Assembly: GCA_025829515.1 (NCBI GenBank)
Contig: GCA_025829515.1_4865.1
Strand: one strand, 5' to 3'
Length of the DNA stretch: 64,000 bases
Source: a phage
The notes beneath the pieces were generated by a model that searched no databases, was not told the origin of the DNA, and saw only the letters and a program-made list of their open reading frames with translations. A program made the position numbers and the translations under genes. Position 1 is the first letter of the stretch, and each line of letters begins with the position of its first letter. This document shows positions 17,265 to 26,686 of this stretch, piece by piece.

Positions 17265-20200
17265 TTAGGTACGGAACATAAGATTGACCTGGATAATATC
17301 AGGCTGTTGACGTCCTCTCTCGTTCACCCAATCGTGCGCAATCGTTAACGTAAGATCATCGCCATCCCACGCCACGATCGGTGGTGGGAATAAACCCTGA
17401 GCGCCCGTGGTAACAACCGGGATTGCACCCGTCACATTCGTAAACGTGTAGCTACGACTGTTCAGAACAACTGGTGTGCCGTTGGTCTCTCCCGGCTGTG
17501 GTAAGATTTGAATCTTACTATCCGAAAGATCGGTGGTGATTGGTAGACCCCCAGCGTCCGTGAAAAGCCAAGAGCAAATATGCTGGTTAGCTGTTTCGAG
17601 CGCTGAAGAACTTACCGCCGCGACAAATGTAAAGGTGCACGGCACGCCTGCTGGCAGAGAGTGCTGTTTGTGGTGCACGGTATGTGGTGACGGCAATAAC
17701 ACTTCTGGATTTTCATCAATGTTAACATCCGTACCTTCCGCCTCGACGTTGTAGAAAAAGCCATCCACCGCCTCCCATGGGGCAACGTGAACATTAAAGG
17801 TCGTTTCTACTCCCGGTGTACCTGGGACGACGAATTTACTTTGCACCACCACCATCAAGTTCGTTGAGGTCGGTGAGAAAGCGGGCGTTGGAATACCTAC
17901 CCACTCCATGCCCAACGATGTCGCTTCACTGTTCTCATCGGCCGTTACCGTCGCAATTGTTGTAGGATGTTTCCAAAACGCCCCCGACTTGTTTGCCTGA
18001 GTAAACGCCGGCAAAGTTTTCAAGCCTTCGAAACGTTTGGACACCATCGCTTTACCGCGACGCTGTGCGTCAGATACGGTATAAAGCAACTGACTATCCA
18101 GATAGCCTTTCGTAGCATCGATCGACAAAGGACCCATCGCTTCTTTACGCAATGGTGCCAGTCTGCCCGTTGCTGCATCCCTTCCCACCTCCACATCATG
18201 CTTATTCTCAACCGCCGCATGTTCCAACAGTTGTTTCACCGCCCCTAATCGCTTAGCATGTTCGACGTTAGTCTCGACGACTCGCGACGAGCCCGTTTTA
18301 ACATACCCGATATAGAGTTCCGTTTCAGTGTCTGGATGTTGAATCACGTCCATTACGTACTTCGGTGTACCATTTTCTACCTTGGCGTGCAGGTAGAATG
18401 TCCGGTTCTGATGGTTTGTTGGAAATGCTGCGCTGAGGTCAATATACCACGTAGGCAGTTTATAAGTGCTCGAGCCGAAACGCAGGTTAACTTCCTCAGT
18501 CACATATACCAGCCAACCTTCGGCTGTTTCCACACCAGCAATGACAACCGATTCAGTCGGGCCACTAAAATTAGGAGCCGCGACAAAATCACTCGACGAC
18601 ATTGCGATACCACCACAATAGACGTAGTCGAGAGATGAGTTGTGTAGCATCACCTGATCACGATGAGCCAGATAAGCTGGGCTGACTGGGGTGTGGGATG
18701 GTGCCATACGTCCAATGCCGTGTGGAGCAGAAGAACGCGTCCAGGTACCGTTAGACAGCGTAAGACCAACACCGTAGTTAAGCGCACCCAAGTCGCCAAT
18801 TTGGCGCAAGGTTAACGTGTGTGGAAGATACAACCCGAACTGAGTACCATCTACTGACACCAGTGTAGGTTGTCCCGGCCGGCGTGTTTTTCCTCCCGTT
18901 ATCTCGCCCAACGTAGCATAACTCAAGCCATAGTCGAGGTTGTTATAGAAGTCAAACAGTGCCAATATCGCTGCGGGGAATGTTACCTGCCCGTTGCTGA
19001 TCGTTGGTTTCAGTGTAAAGTAGTAGATATCCAACACATTAACATTGTTCACAGTACGCATACATGCTACTTGTGCTAACGTGAGCGGTGTGGCCGTACC
19101 AATGCCGATGAACCAAATGGAGAACAGTGCCTTTCCGGCGTTATTTGCGGCAAGGATAAATTCCGAAGCATAACCATTCGCAGCGCCAGCCGGTGCACCG
19201 TCGATGATCATCTGCTTCATCTTATCCCATTCGGCTTGTGACAGCGTCAACCGATCGGCATGAATCGTGAAAGTGCCAGAAACGTTGTGGTAAGGGAATG
19301 TTTCTGGTCCTGTGCAATACCAGCCGTTTAACTCTGTACCAGGCGACGCCGGTGTAACAATGTGGCACATCTGCGACAGATTCTCGTACGTGGTAGAATC
19401 TACTACACGACGATTGTTAGTTGGGCCATACCCCGCCTTACCTGAGTAAGTGGTGTTCGGATCAAACTCAACTTCAATTGCCAAACGGGTACGCGGCTGT
19501 GACAACCAGATAAGTCTGGAATTCGCTCCCAGAGTCAGCGGATACGCCATACCTAGCTCGTAGATAGAACCACGACCTTGGTTTAACATTACCGCACTAA
19601 AACTTCTGGCAGTGAAGTTGTAGTCGCACGACAGGTACTCGTACCAACTCACACCGTCGTCTAACGTTGTAATCGTGACATAAGGCATTAGGTCGCGATC
19701 GTTTGCATGTCCTTGCGAAACGATATACTTGTCTTGCGATGTTGCAAAGGTTCGGTTATTAGCTTGACCTTCGCCCCACTTCCGGCTCGGAATCCCAATC
19801 TCAGCGCCACCGTTATAACGAACCGTGGTAAGATCGGCCACGATAGGGAATCGATCGGCACCTTCCAGCGTTACCGTCATTGAACCGCAATCAACAACAA
19901 AGCTTGACACCCATTGTTTAAAGTTAATAGTTTGCCCTGTAGTAGAAGCAAACCAGACTGTTGGCGTTAAACCAACACGAAAGTTCAGCCCATCCACAGC
20001 AATCGCGTGATTACATTCCGGACCATGGACGAAATTTCGCGCACTATTCCACTTCGCCGATGCGTCTGCGTAGATTTGTGTTACTGGCGCTACCAACACA
20101 TCTGTATCAGAACGTTTCTGACCCTGACGCAAGTAGATATTATCTCCCGACGTTAACATCCCACCTGTTAACACATCCGCCACAAACGTGTTGCTACCAC

Positions 20201-22448
20201 CCAGATTAAGTTCGTTGAGTGCGATGCTACGCATACTCACGAAATAGTCACCGGAGGTAAGCACAGTACGGAGCAGATAAACCCGCTCGTTGCAAACGAT
20301 CAAATCGTTTGTTGATGGATCAGCAACCCATGGAGCGGTTGTAATCACACCGGCCGCGTTACCATTTCGGTAATCGCCCAACTGAACTTTAACAACACGA
20401 TGATGTTTTGCATGGTCAATGGTTCCGTCAAAGATGACCAGGTAGTACGCACCGTCACTGCCTAAGCAGATCATTGCATCTGTACCGGTAATCACAATAG
20501 CAACCAGATTCACCCCAGGATACGCCGACATTCCAGCGGGGTGATAACGTACGGACGTCTGCTGCATATTTTCCAGCGTATTGCTTGGCGACACATCAGC
20601 ATAGGCGTAATAGATAGCCCAGTCACCTGGTGGATTCCCGTTAGAACCGTTACGGAGCGAGTAAACCTTACCAGACTCGTAACGCGCCAAACCTTTCTGC
20701 CAGGTTTGGTTTTTGGTATACCCTTCGTAGTTCCCCTGGACAGGTATAGGCAAGAAGTTATTGTTGCCGTACGATGATCCGCCGACAGTCCATGCGGGCA
20801 ACAGCGTAGCAATCTTGTCATTCAGTGTGTCAATCTTTTGTTCAAGCAAGAAGCCCTGACGCGAAGTGACCATCTTATCCGAGGTAGTGTCGATTGCATC
20901 CCACAGTTTAGCCAAACCTGTAACAGACGTGGATGCGTACGGCACGTTATCGAGATCTGCAATGGTGTGGGTGTGCGTTGTAAGCGCTTTGCCTGATAGC
21001 ACGGTGCGCAACGCATTAGTAACCGGTTTCTCCAGCGGCCCGGTATTGTTCATCTTCTCAATACCGAAATCTGCCGCGGTTAAGGTCAGATGCATCTGCC
21101 CGTTTGAATCTAATACAAACCCTTTACCATTGACTGTATACGTGTCGTCCACATATCCGTCGAGTTTGTTCTTCAAGTCAGTAACAGCTTTTTGGGAAAT
21201 CGCTGTGGACGCCGCAGCGGACGCCGAAAGGTTAGTAATCGCAAACAAACCCTGCACAGTTGTGGTTGCTGCAGGCAGCTCCGCATTCATGTAAACTTTG
21301 TTTGTTTCTTTACCAGAGCCGTAAATCTTCAACGTGTCGCTGGACTTGAAGTAGGCGTTTGCTGGAAGTATCTTCACCGAGGTCAAGTACATCTTAACCA
21401 TATCCGGTGTAACGAGATACACGCTGTTATACACAGGTGCAAGCACACCTGCATCATAAGCGCCCCACTTGTCACCTGCTTTACCCGAGTGAACCCAAAG
21501 CGTGTTCAGACCAGCACTGAACTCCGTAGCGATACCCGGTTCGTTGTTATCCTGGTCAGCTTTTAATACCAGCGGTTTTGTCGAGGTGATAATGAACTTC
21601 TCACCCTTCATGCTGATAACGTGACCAGACGTTGTTTGGAACGTAATCGCGTCGTTATTCAGAACACGCATACGGCCCAGTAAATCGCCCAGGGTATTAT
21701 CCAGAAGCATGTCAACGTGTTTCTGTTGGATGCCACTGGTAGACATTAACGTCACTAACTCTGCCAGTGTACGTCCAAACGCTTTAGTCGCATCCACGGC
21801 CTTACCGAGCACAGGGAGTGCGCCAATGTCACCGCAGGTGTAACCATGTGCATTTTTAATCAGGTGGTGTTGATACATTTCGTCATCAAACACCTGTTTA
21901 CCGTTCTGATAAATCAAATCGGTAACTTCGGCAAATGCCTCATCCAGTTCGTGGGCGCGCTCTAAAATGCCCAGACGGATATCTTCCAACGCCTTTACGA
22001 TTTCATCGCGAAGAATCGCTTCTTCGAGATCTTTTGGCGGGTCGATTGGCGAGATAATCGGTGGATATTTCATCAGCTCAGACCAATCGCAGTTGCGCGG
22101 GTCTTTCATATCCGTCTTAACCAGATACTTGCCGATTTCAGAAGCAGGGATGCGATACTGTCGACCAACCGACAACAACTCGTATTCTACCTCTGTGGCG
22201 TTCAGCAGCATTATGCTGCCGTATATTGCATCGTTCTCAGCCTCGGCTAATTCCTGGAAGTAATGTCCTAAGAAATAATCAAGACCTTCTATTAACTTGC
22301 GTTTGGTTCCGGTTGTTTTATCGGTAACGGTTAACGTTAACCCGATGCGATAGAACGGTGCTTCGACGGGAATGACCGTCGAATAACGGTTCGGGTAAGT
22401 AGCGGTACTGAGGGTACCGTTAAACTGCGCCGCATCTTCTCTCGGCAT
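17265..22448 (-). CDS. giant tail fiber / tailspike protein (about 1727 aa)
   Basis: Start chosen at ATG 22448 (AGGAGTG RBS; the track start is TTG at 22493). N-terminal APFYRIGLTLTV...GLDYFL anchor-like block shared with ORFs 22544, 26687 and 16015. Confidence 0.55.
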   Translation of the reverse strand: MPREDAAQFNGTLSTATYPNRYSTVIPVEAPFYRIGLTLTVTDKTTGTKRKLIEGLDYFLGHYFQELAEAENDAIYGSIMLLNATEVEYELLSVGRQYRIPASEIGKYLVKTDMKDPRNCDWSELMKYPPIISPIDPPKDLEEAILRDEIVKALEDIRLGILERAHELDEAFAEVTDLIYQNGKQVFDDEMYQHHLIKNAHGYTCGDIGALPVLGKAVDATKAFGRTLAELVTLMSTSGIQQKHVDMLLDNTLGDLLGRMRVLNNDAITFQTTSGHVISMKGEKFIITSTKPLVLKADQDNNEPGIATEFSAGLNTLWVHSGKAGDKWGAYDAGVLAPVYNSVYLVTPDMVKMYLTSVKILPANAYFKSSDTLKIYGSGKETNKVYMNAELPAATTTVQGLFAITNLSASAAASTAISQKAVTDLKNKLDGYVDDTYTVNGKGFVLDSNGQMHLTLTAADFGIEKMNNTGPLEKPVTNALRTVLSGKALTTHTHTIADLDNVPYASTSVTGLAKLWDAIDTTSDKMVTSRQGFLLEQKIDTLNDKIATLLPAWTVGGSSYGNNNFLPIPVQGNYEGYTKNQTWQKGLARYESGKVYSLRNGSNGNPPGDWAIYYAYADVSPSNTLENMQQTSVRYHPAGMSAYPGVNLVAIVITGTDAMICLGSDGAYYLVIFDGTIDHAKHHRVVKVQLGDYRNGNAAGVITTAPWVADPSTNDLIVCNERVYLLRTVLTSGDYFVSMRSIALNELNLGGSNTFVADVLTGGMLTSGDNIYLRQGQKRSDTDVLVAPVTQIYADASAKWNSARNFVHGPECNHAIAVDGLNFRVGLTPTVWFASTTGQTINFKQWVSSFVVDCGSMTVTLEGADRFPIVADLTTVRYNGGAEIGIPSRKWGEGQANNRTFATSQDKYIVSQGHANDRDLMPYVTITTLDDGVSWYEYLSCDYNFTARSFSAVMLNQGRGSIYELGMAYPLTLGANSRLIWLSQPRTRLAIEVEFDPNTTYSGKAGYGPTNNRRVVDSTTYENLSQMCHIVTPASPGTELNGWYCTGPETFPYHNVSGTFTIHADRLTLSQAEWDKMKQMIIDGAPAGAANGYASEFILAANNAGKALFSIWFIGIGTATPLTLAQVACMRTVNNVNVLDIYYFTLKPTISNGQVTFPAAILALFDFYNNLDYGLSYATLGEITGGKTRRPGQPTLVSVDGTQFGLYLPHTLTLRQIGDLGALNYGVGLTLSNGTWTRSSAPHGIGRMAPSHTPVSPAYLAHRDQVMLHNSSLDYVYCGGIAMSSSDFVAAPNFSGPTESVVIAGVETAEGWLVYVTEEVNLRFGSSTYKLPTWYIDLSAAFPTNHQNRTFYLHAKVENGTPKYVMDVIQHPDTETELYIGYVKTGSSRVVETNVEHAKRLGAVKQLLEHAAVENKHDVEVGRDAATGRLAPLRKEAMGPLSIDATKGYLDSQLLYTVSDAQRRGKAMVSKRFEGLKTLPAFTQANKSGAFWKHPTTIATVTADENSEATSLGMEWVGIPTPAFSPTSTNLMVVVQSKFVVPGTPGVETTFNVHVAPWEAVDGFFYNVEAEGTDVNIDENPEVLLPSPHTVHHKQHSLPAGVPCTFTFVAAVSSSALETANQHICSWLFTDAGGLPITTDLSDSKIQILPQPGETNGTPVVLNSRSYTFTNVTGAIPVVTTGAQGLFPPPIVAWDGDDLTLTIAHDWVNERGRQQPDIIQVNLMFRT

Positions 22449-22481
22449 TGCAAACACTCCTAATCTGTAATAAAACGGAGA

Positions 22482-22542
22482 CCGCCCTCCCAATAACGGA
22501 AGGGCGGTTTACCTACGGACTACCCGCCCGTAGGCAGTCCGT
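22482..22542 (-). promoter_or_regulatory. paired intergenic hairpins between the fibre genes (partial terminator / RNA processing candidate)
   Basis: CCGCCCT...AGGGCGG and ACGGACT...AGTCCGT stems (with alternative CCTACGG/CCGTAGG pairing); in the minus sense they are followed by a U-rich tract just before the RBS of gene 22448. Confidence 0.35.
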
Positions 22543-22543
22543 C

Positions 22544-25500
22544 CTAAGAGGCCCACTCACCCGAGTTGTTGCCTTCGTTTCTACGTTCAGTATCCAACGT
22601 TTGTAAAATCCAATCCCATGTCCTGGTGGGGATGTGGAATGGATTACGCTTCTCAATGAGAATCGTCTCGCCACCCGTGCGAAGTTCCACCGGTGTCGTT
22701 TCAGTAATCACGAACATCGGATTACCACTACTGCCCACGCCATTAATAGTGAACTTCGCTTGCAGCGGCGGCACAGAACCTTCCGGAGGCACGAACACGA
22801 TGTGAATTGGCTGCATCGGTTTCGTGCGGGCAAGTGTCCCAGATATCTGAACAGCTGTTGTCGATGCACTGAAAGGTATAACATTACCCGGAATTTTCTC
22901 ACTACCCACGATGATATATCCAGGGTAGTTAGAGAGCATTGTCCCATTTACCGACACAAAACGCTCATTTTGAGTTGGGCGATAAGCCCGCATAAAGCCG
23001 TACTTCCATTCACCACCGTTAGACGTATAGTCTGCAGGAGCCGACTCAAGTAGCGGAGCACCACGTTTCTGCAGCCCTTTGTAAAACGGCGCTGGGAGTT
23101 TACCGTTCGGTGCAAGTTCCGGATAACCCTCACTTGCAGCAGACATCGTGATGTATTCCGTAACCGGGTTATCGACGTTATCTCCAAAGTTCGCGAACGC
23201 GACGGTTGATATCGACATCTCCTCATGCCCAGAAGACTGGCTGTCCGGAGAACGCTCAATATACGACTCAAATAGCGAGCGTAGATAATGGAAACGATTT
23301 AAATCTACTTCTGTTGTGGAAGGGTCCATCAAACCGTGGTTGATAGTGACACCTTCACCAGTTTCGAGGCCAGTAACACTAATCGATAAAGCGCCGCCTT
23401 TAAAATAATCAATCGCGTCAAACGGAATGTCGTATTCTATCTCACGAACAGTCGCCGAAGCCTGCCCACCTATCTTACTAATCGACGATATTCGCAGTAT
23501 CTGCGTATCAACAATATAGCGATAACGAATAAGCCAGCGCGAACCAATGGCTGCGAACTCGCTAGCGATTGAAACCGGGAGATAGTCTAAACAGTCAGGC
23601 GACTGAACATCCACGCTCTTGATTACACGAGGAGCATCAACCAGCGTATTAGTAACGCTGGATTGTGTGCTGGCAATTCTTCCGGTTGGTTTATCGTACG
23701 GCGCGGCAATAAAGCCACAATTTAAACTGGTCTTGGAGTTACTCCACCGCAGGACTCTGGTTTTACCTTTCTCATCAGCAGAAGGGGCCATGAAGTTTAA
23801 TGAAACTTCGACGTCCGAGGTTTTTGGGACTTCAGGATAATCAGTGTCGATTACCACCGAACCCTCGAATGTCGCCATTCCGTTTTCTTTCGGGTTGCTT
23901 GGTGTAAACCAGCAATACGGGGACGCGTTTTCAGTAGAAACAACCGCCGCAAGAAGAATCCTGAGCGAGGTGGCACTTACGAATTTATAATCAAATAACC
24001 CACGGTCTAAACGAACGAGGTTATCCCCAGAAACAGACGGGTTAGTTGGATACGCGTACAGCCATTGTTTAGGTAACGGATCAACCTTATTCAACGGCAG
24101 CATTTTCGGGTTATCCGTCAATGACCAGTCGGTGTTACTCACCCCGTGTGCCAGACGTGTTTCGAAGTGCCGTTTAAGTTCGGACGCCATGCCAAAATCA
24201 AACGTCGTTTCAAACTCGTAAGTCGTGCCTGCAACCAATCCCGCGTCAGGGACATCGATGTGTCCGATATAGCCGCGTTCCAAGTTAATACCTTCCGTGT
24301 CCACAATAGGTTCGGCGCGCGAATATAACGCATCGGTTATCATGTTCACATAGAGGTAATGCCTTAAACCGTTCGGCGTCTTAACAAACTCCTGCAGGCG
24401 GGCAACTTTAGTGTTTTTATCCGAGGCCCCAACCGCAAAGTCACCGTCGTAAACTGTGAAACGAATTGCGGCTGCTTTAGCGCTATCGTTACACTCGGCA
24501 CGGAATGCTAAGCAATGTTGCTTCCACCCCTTCTTGACAGTCGCCTCCAGATACCCCGCTTCTGTAATACCCGCACCGATAATTTCACCGTCCAGATAAA
24601 CAGAAACAGCACCACCGCCACGAACCCAAATCCGCAGCTTACCAGAGTCGCAACGAACCCATGTTTTCGCCAAGAGGTTAACGACCGACAAATCACCCAT
24701 TCCGGTTGTCGTTAAACCAATCTGCGCACCGTAGTTCGTTTCCGGGACGGCAACCTCAAACCCACTAAAATCAATACCGGCACCGGTATTGATTACCGCG
24801 TTCTGCCACGTTCTTTCCATACGGTTATCTGGAGAGAACCACTGGAACATCGGCGTGGTTTGCAGGTCTATCGAACCAGATACCGTCCCCTCTTTACGTG
24901 CACCATTTAACAGATAGAAATAATTCAAATCCGTTACGGCGAGTGTGGTACGTGTAGATCCCACAGTCCAAGTCTTGCCGCGCACCGCGGCAAAATCGGT
25001 CACGGAGTCCTCTTTCGCGTTTGCTAGCGCAGCTGCAACTACGTCTAAACGTTTTGACAAATCGTTCAGAACGTTTGGGGTAACGCCGCGATTATCCGAC
25101 AAGCCATTTAGGTTGGTAGAATATCGAGCGATACCGGGCACTGTTTGAGAAGCCGTTGGGATCTGTAAATCGGCGAAGTTGTGATGGTGGCCTTTATCAC
25201 TAAGACCAGTAACTGCTTCTGCCAACGCATCAGAAAGTGGTTTATCGACGTCAGCTGTGTTATCAGCCAAGTCCAGACCCAAATCCTTTTTCGTTAGCGT
25301 TCGGCTACCAGTGTCCATCGGCTGGTTATTCAGCAGCGTTGTCTTCCTGACGTACGAAGACAGATCACCCTCGTACGGTAAGAGCGAAGCTGGGGTGGCT
25401 GCTTGTCCCTTGACTACATCGCTCGGCTTATCAGTCAGCGTCACAACGCCGGGTTCAGAGGTCGTCGCGGGTTTGGCTGTGACCTTCCCGGTGACGGGAT

Positions 25501-26674
25501 CGGCTTTTGACCCTTTACCCGTGAAAGTAATGCCGTTCACCCCGCTAATGTACAGTTTGTTGTCATCCGGGTCAACGGTACCACCGCCGGTACCAGGGTC
25601 TTGTTGATAGCCCATGAGAGCAGTTGTGGTCAGTAACGTCGTACCATTAAGCGTCAGCTTATCCATCCCCAAGGCACTGCCAGTCGACTCAATACGTAAT
25701 GTATTGATGCCTGCTTTCCACTCCATAAACCGGACGGTTCCAGTAGTGTCGGCATACCCACACGCCAACACAACAGAGCCATTAGATTTAAGAGTGAATG
25801 CCTCAGCAGAGAACACAATTTCGGATTCACCAGCAGGAGAACGGAACAGGGCACGAGTACCGGATATCGTCGCATTAAACACCCCTCTGGATTCTTTCGA
25901 TACCCATTTAGAAATGTACTTGTCGATATCCGATTGTTGCAGACCCAGTGCACGGACCTCGCTGGTTAACTGACGCAACGTCTTTCCATACGCCAGGAAA
26001 GTATCTGGCGTTTTCAGGTTGACAGGATGCGCACCGGCCTGCGCCGCGGTAGTCCCATGAGGGTTAGTCGACGCAATGTGTCCGGGGTAGTTAAATGTGG
26101 CGATTTCAGTTCCTAAGCCCAAAACCGCATCTTTCAGCTCAGTAAGCTTTTCACGAATCTGCTCGTTGGCCGCCCCGGCATCTAACTCCACATCATGCAC
26201 TGCAGAGGCAACATACTTTTTATTCAGCATGTCTGACCAAGCTACCGCTGCAGGGGTGGCTGGGTACAGGGAAGGTCGATTACCTAAAAGCAGCCAATCT
26301 GCAGCCGTTGGATTGTTGAGTGCCTTAATTAGCTCATCCAACATCTCAATCAAACCACTGTAAAACGTACCCCCGAGCATCTGGCCTTCAAAGACCACCG
26401 CACCACGCAGTTTAGGGTTAATAAGATGCACCCCGCAAAACACCGGGGTCGTCACCGAGTCGTCCAACGGTGTTAAAGCATACTCCAGCTCATAGTCCGT
26501 CCCGCGGGTAAGCGGTATGGACGAGCCGGCGAGCCTTACCACCAATCCTTCGAAAAACGGGCGATGATCTAGCATCACCACCCGATCGTTAGGATTGTCG
26601 GAGTCGATGATACGTTCCTCGATGAAGTGACACTCGGGATTCACACCCCGAGGATCGTAAGGATACGTTTTCAT
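22544..26674 (-). CDS. giant tail fiber / tailspike protein (1376 aa)
   Basis: ATG with AAGGAGA RBS; N-terminal RPFFEGLVVRL...GTDYELEYA anchor-like block shared with the other fibre genes. Confidence 0.55.
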   Translation of the reverse strand: MKTYPYDPRGVNPECHFIEERIIDSDNPNDRVVMLDHRPFFEGLVVRLAGSSIPLTRGTDYELEYALTPLDDSVTTPVFCGVHLINPKLRGAVVFEGQMLGGTFYSGLIEMLDELIKALNNPTAADWLLLGNRPSLYPATPAAVAWSDMLNKKYVASAVHDVELDAGAANEQIREKLTELKDAVLGLGTEIATFNYPGHIASTNPHGTTAAQAGAHPVNLKTPDTFLAYGKTLRQLTSEVRALGLQQSDIDKYISKWVSKESRGVFNATISGTRALFRSPAGESEIVFSAEAFTLKSNGSVVLACGYADTTGTVRFMEWKAGINTLRIESTGSALGMDKLTLNGTTLLTTTALMGYQQDPGTGGGTVDPDDNKLYISGVNGITFTGKGSKADPVTGKVTAKPATTSEPGVVTLTDKPSDVVKGQAATPASLLPYEGDLSSYVRKTTLLNNQPMDTGSRTLTKKDLGLDLADNTADVDKPLSDALAEAVTGLSDKGHHHNFADLQIPTASQTVPGIARYSTNLNGLSDNRGVTPNVLNDLSKRLDVVAAALANAKEDSVTDFAAVRGKTWTVGSTRTTLAVTDLNYFYLLNGARKEGTVSGSIDLQTTPMFQWFSPDNRMERTWQNAVINTGAGIDFSGFEVAVPETNYGAQIGLTTTGMGDLSVVNLLAKTWVRCDSGKLRIWVRGGGAVSVYLDGEIIGAGITEAGYLEATVKKGWKQHCLAFRAECNDSAKAAAIRFTVYDGDFAVGASDKNTKVARLQEFVKTPNGLRHYLYVNMITDALYSRAEPIVDTEGINLERGYIGHIDVPDAGLVAGTTYEFETTFDFGMASELKRHFETRLAHGVSNTDWSLTDNPKMLPLNKVDPLPKQWLYAYPTNPSVSGDNLVRLDRGLFDYKFVSATSLRILLAAVVSTENASPYCWFTPSNPKENGMATFEGSVVIDTDYPEVPKTSDVEVSLNFMAPSADEKGKTRVLRWSNSKTSLNCGFIAAPYDKPTGRIASTQSSVTNTLVDAPRVIKSVDVQSPDCLDYLPVSIASEFAAIGSRWLIRYRYIVDTQILRISSISKIGGQASATVREIEYDIPFDAIDYFKGGALSISVTGLETGEGVTINHGLMDPSTTEVDLNRFHYLRSLFESYIERSPDSQSSGHEEMSISTVAFANFGDNVDNPVTEYITMSAASEGYPELAPNGKLPAPFYKGLQKRGAPLLESAPADYTSNGGEWKYGFMRAYRPTQNERFVSVNGTMLSNYPGYIIVGSEKIPGNVIPFSASTTAVQISGTLARTKPMQPIHIVFVPPEGSVPPLQAKFTINGVGSSGNPMFVITETTPVELRTGGETILIEKRNPFHIPTRTWDWILQTLDTERRNEGNNSGEWAS

Positions 26675-26686
26675 TCAAAAATCTCC

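Noticed and set aside
17533-21566. Numerous 60-140-aa track ORFs on the plus strand within the giant fibre gene 17265-22448 (for example 20866-21294, 21192-21566)
   Set aside because: They are antisense to a long, continuous, RBS-supported ORF; they lack start contexts and are typical random ORFs in a long coding region.
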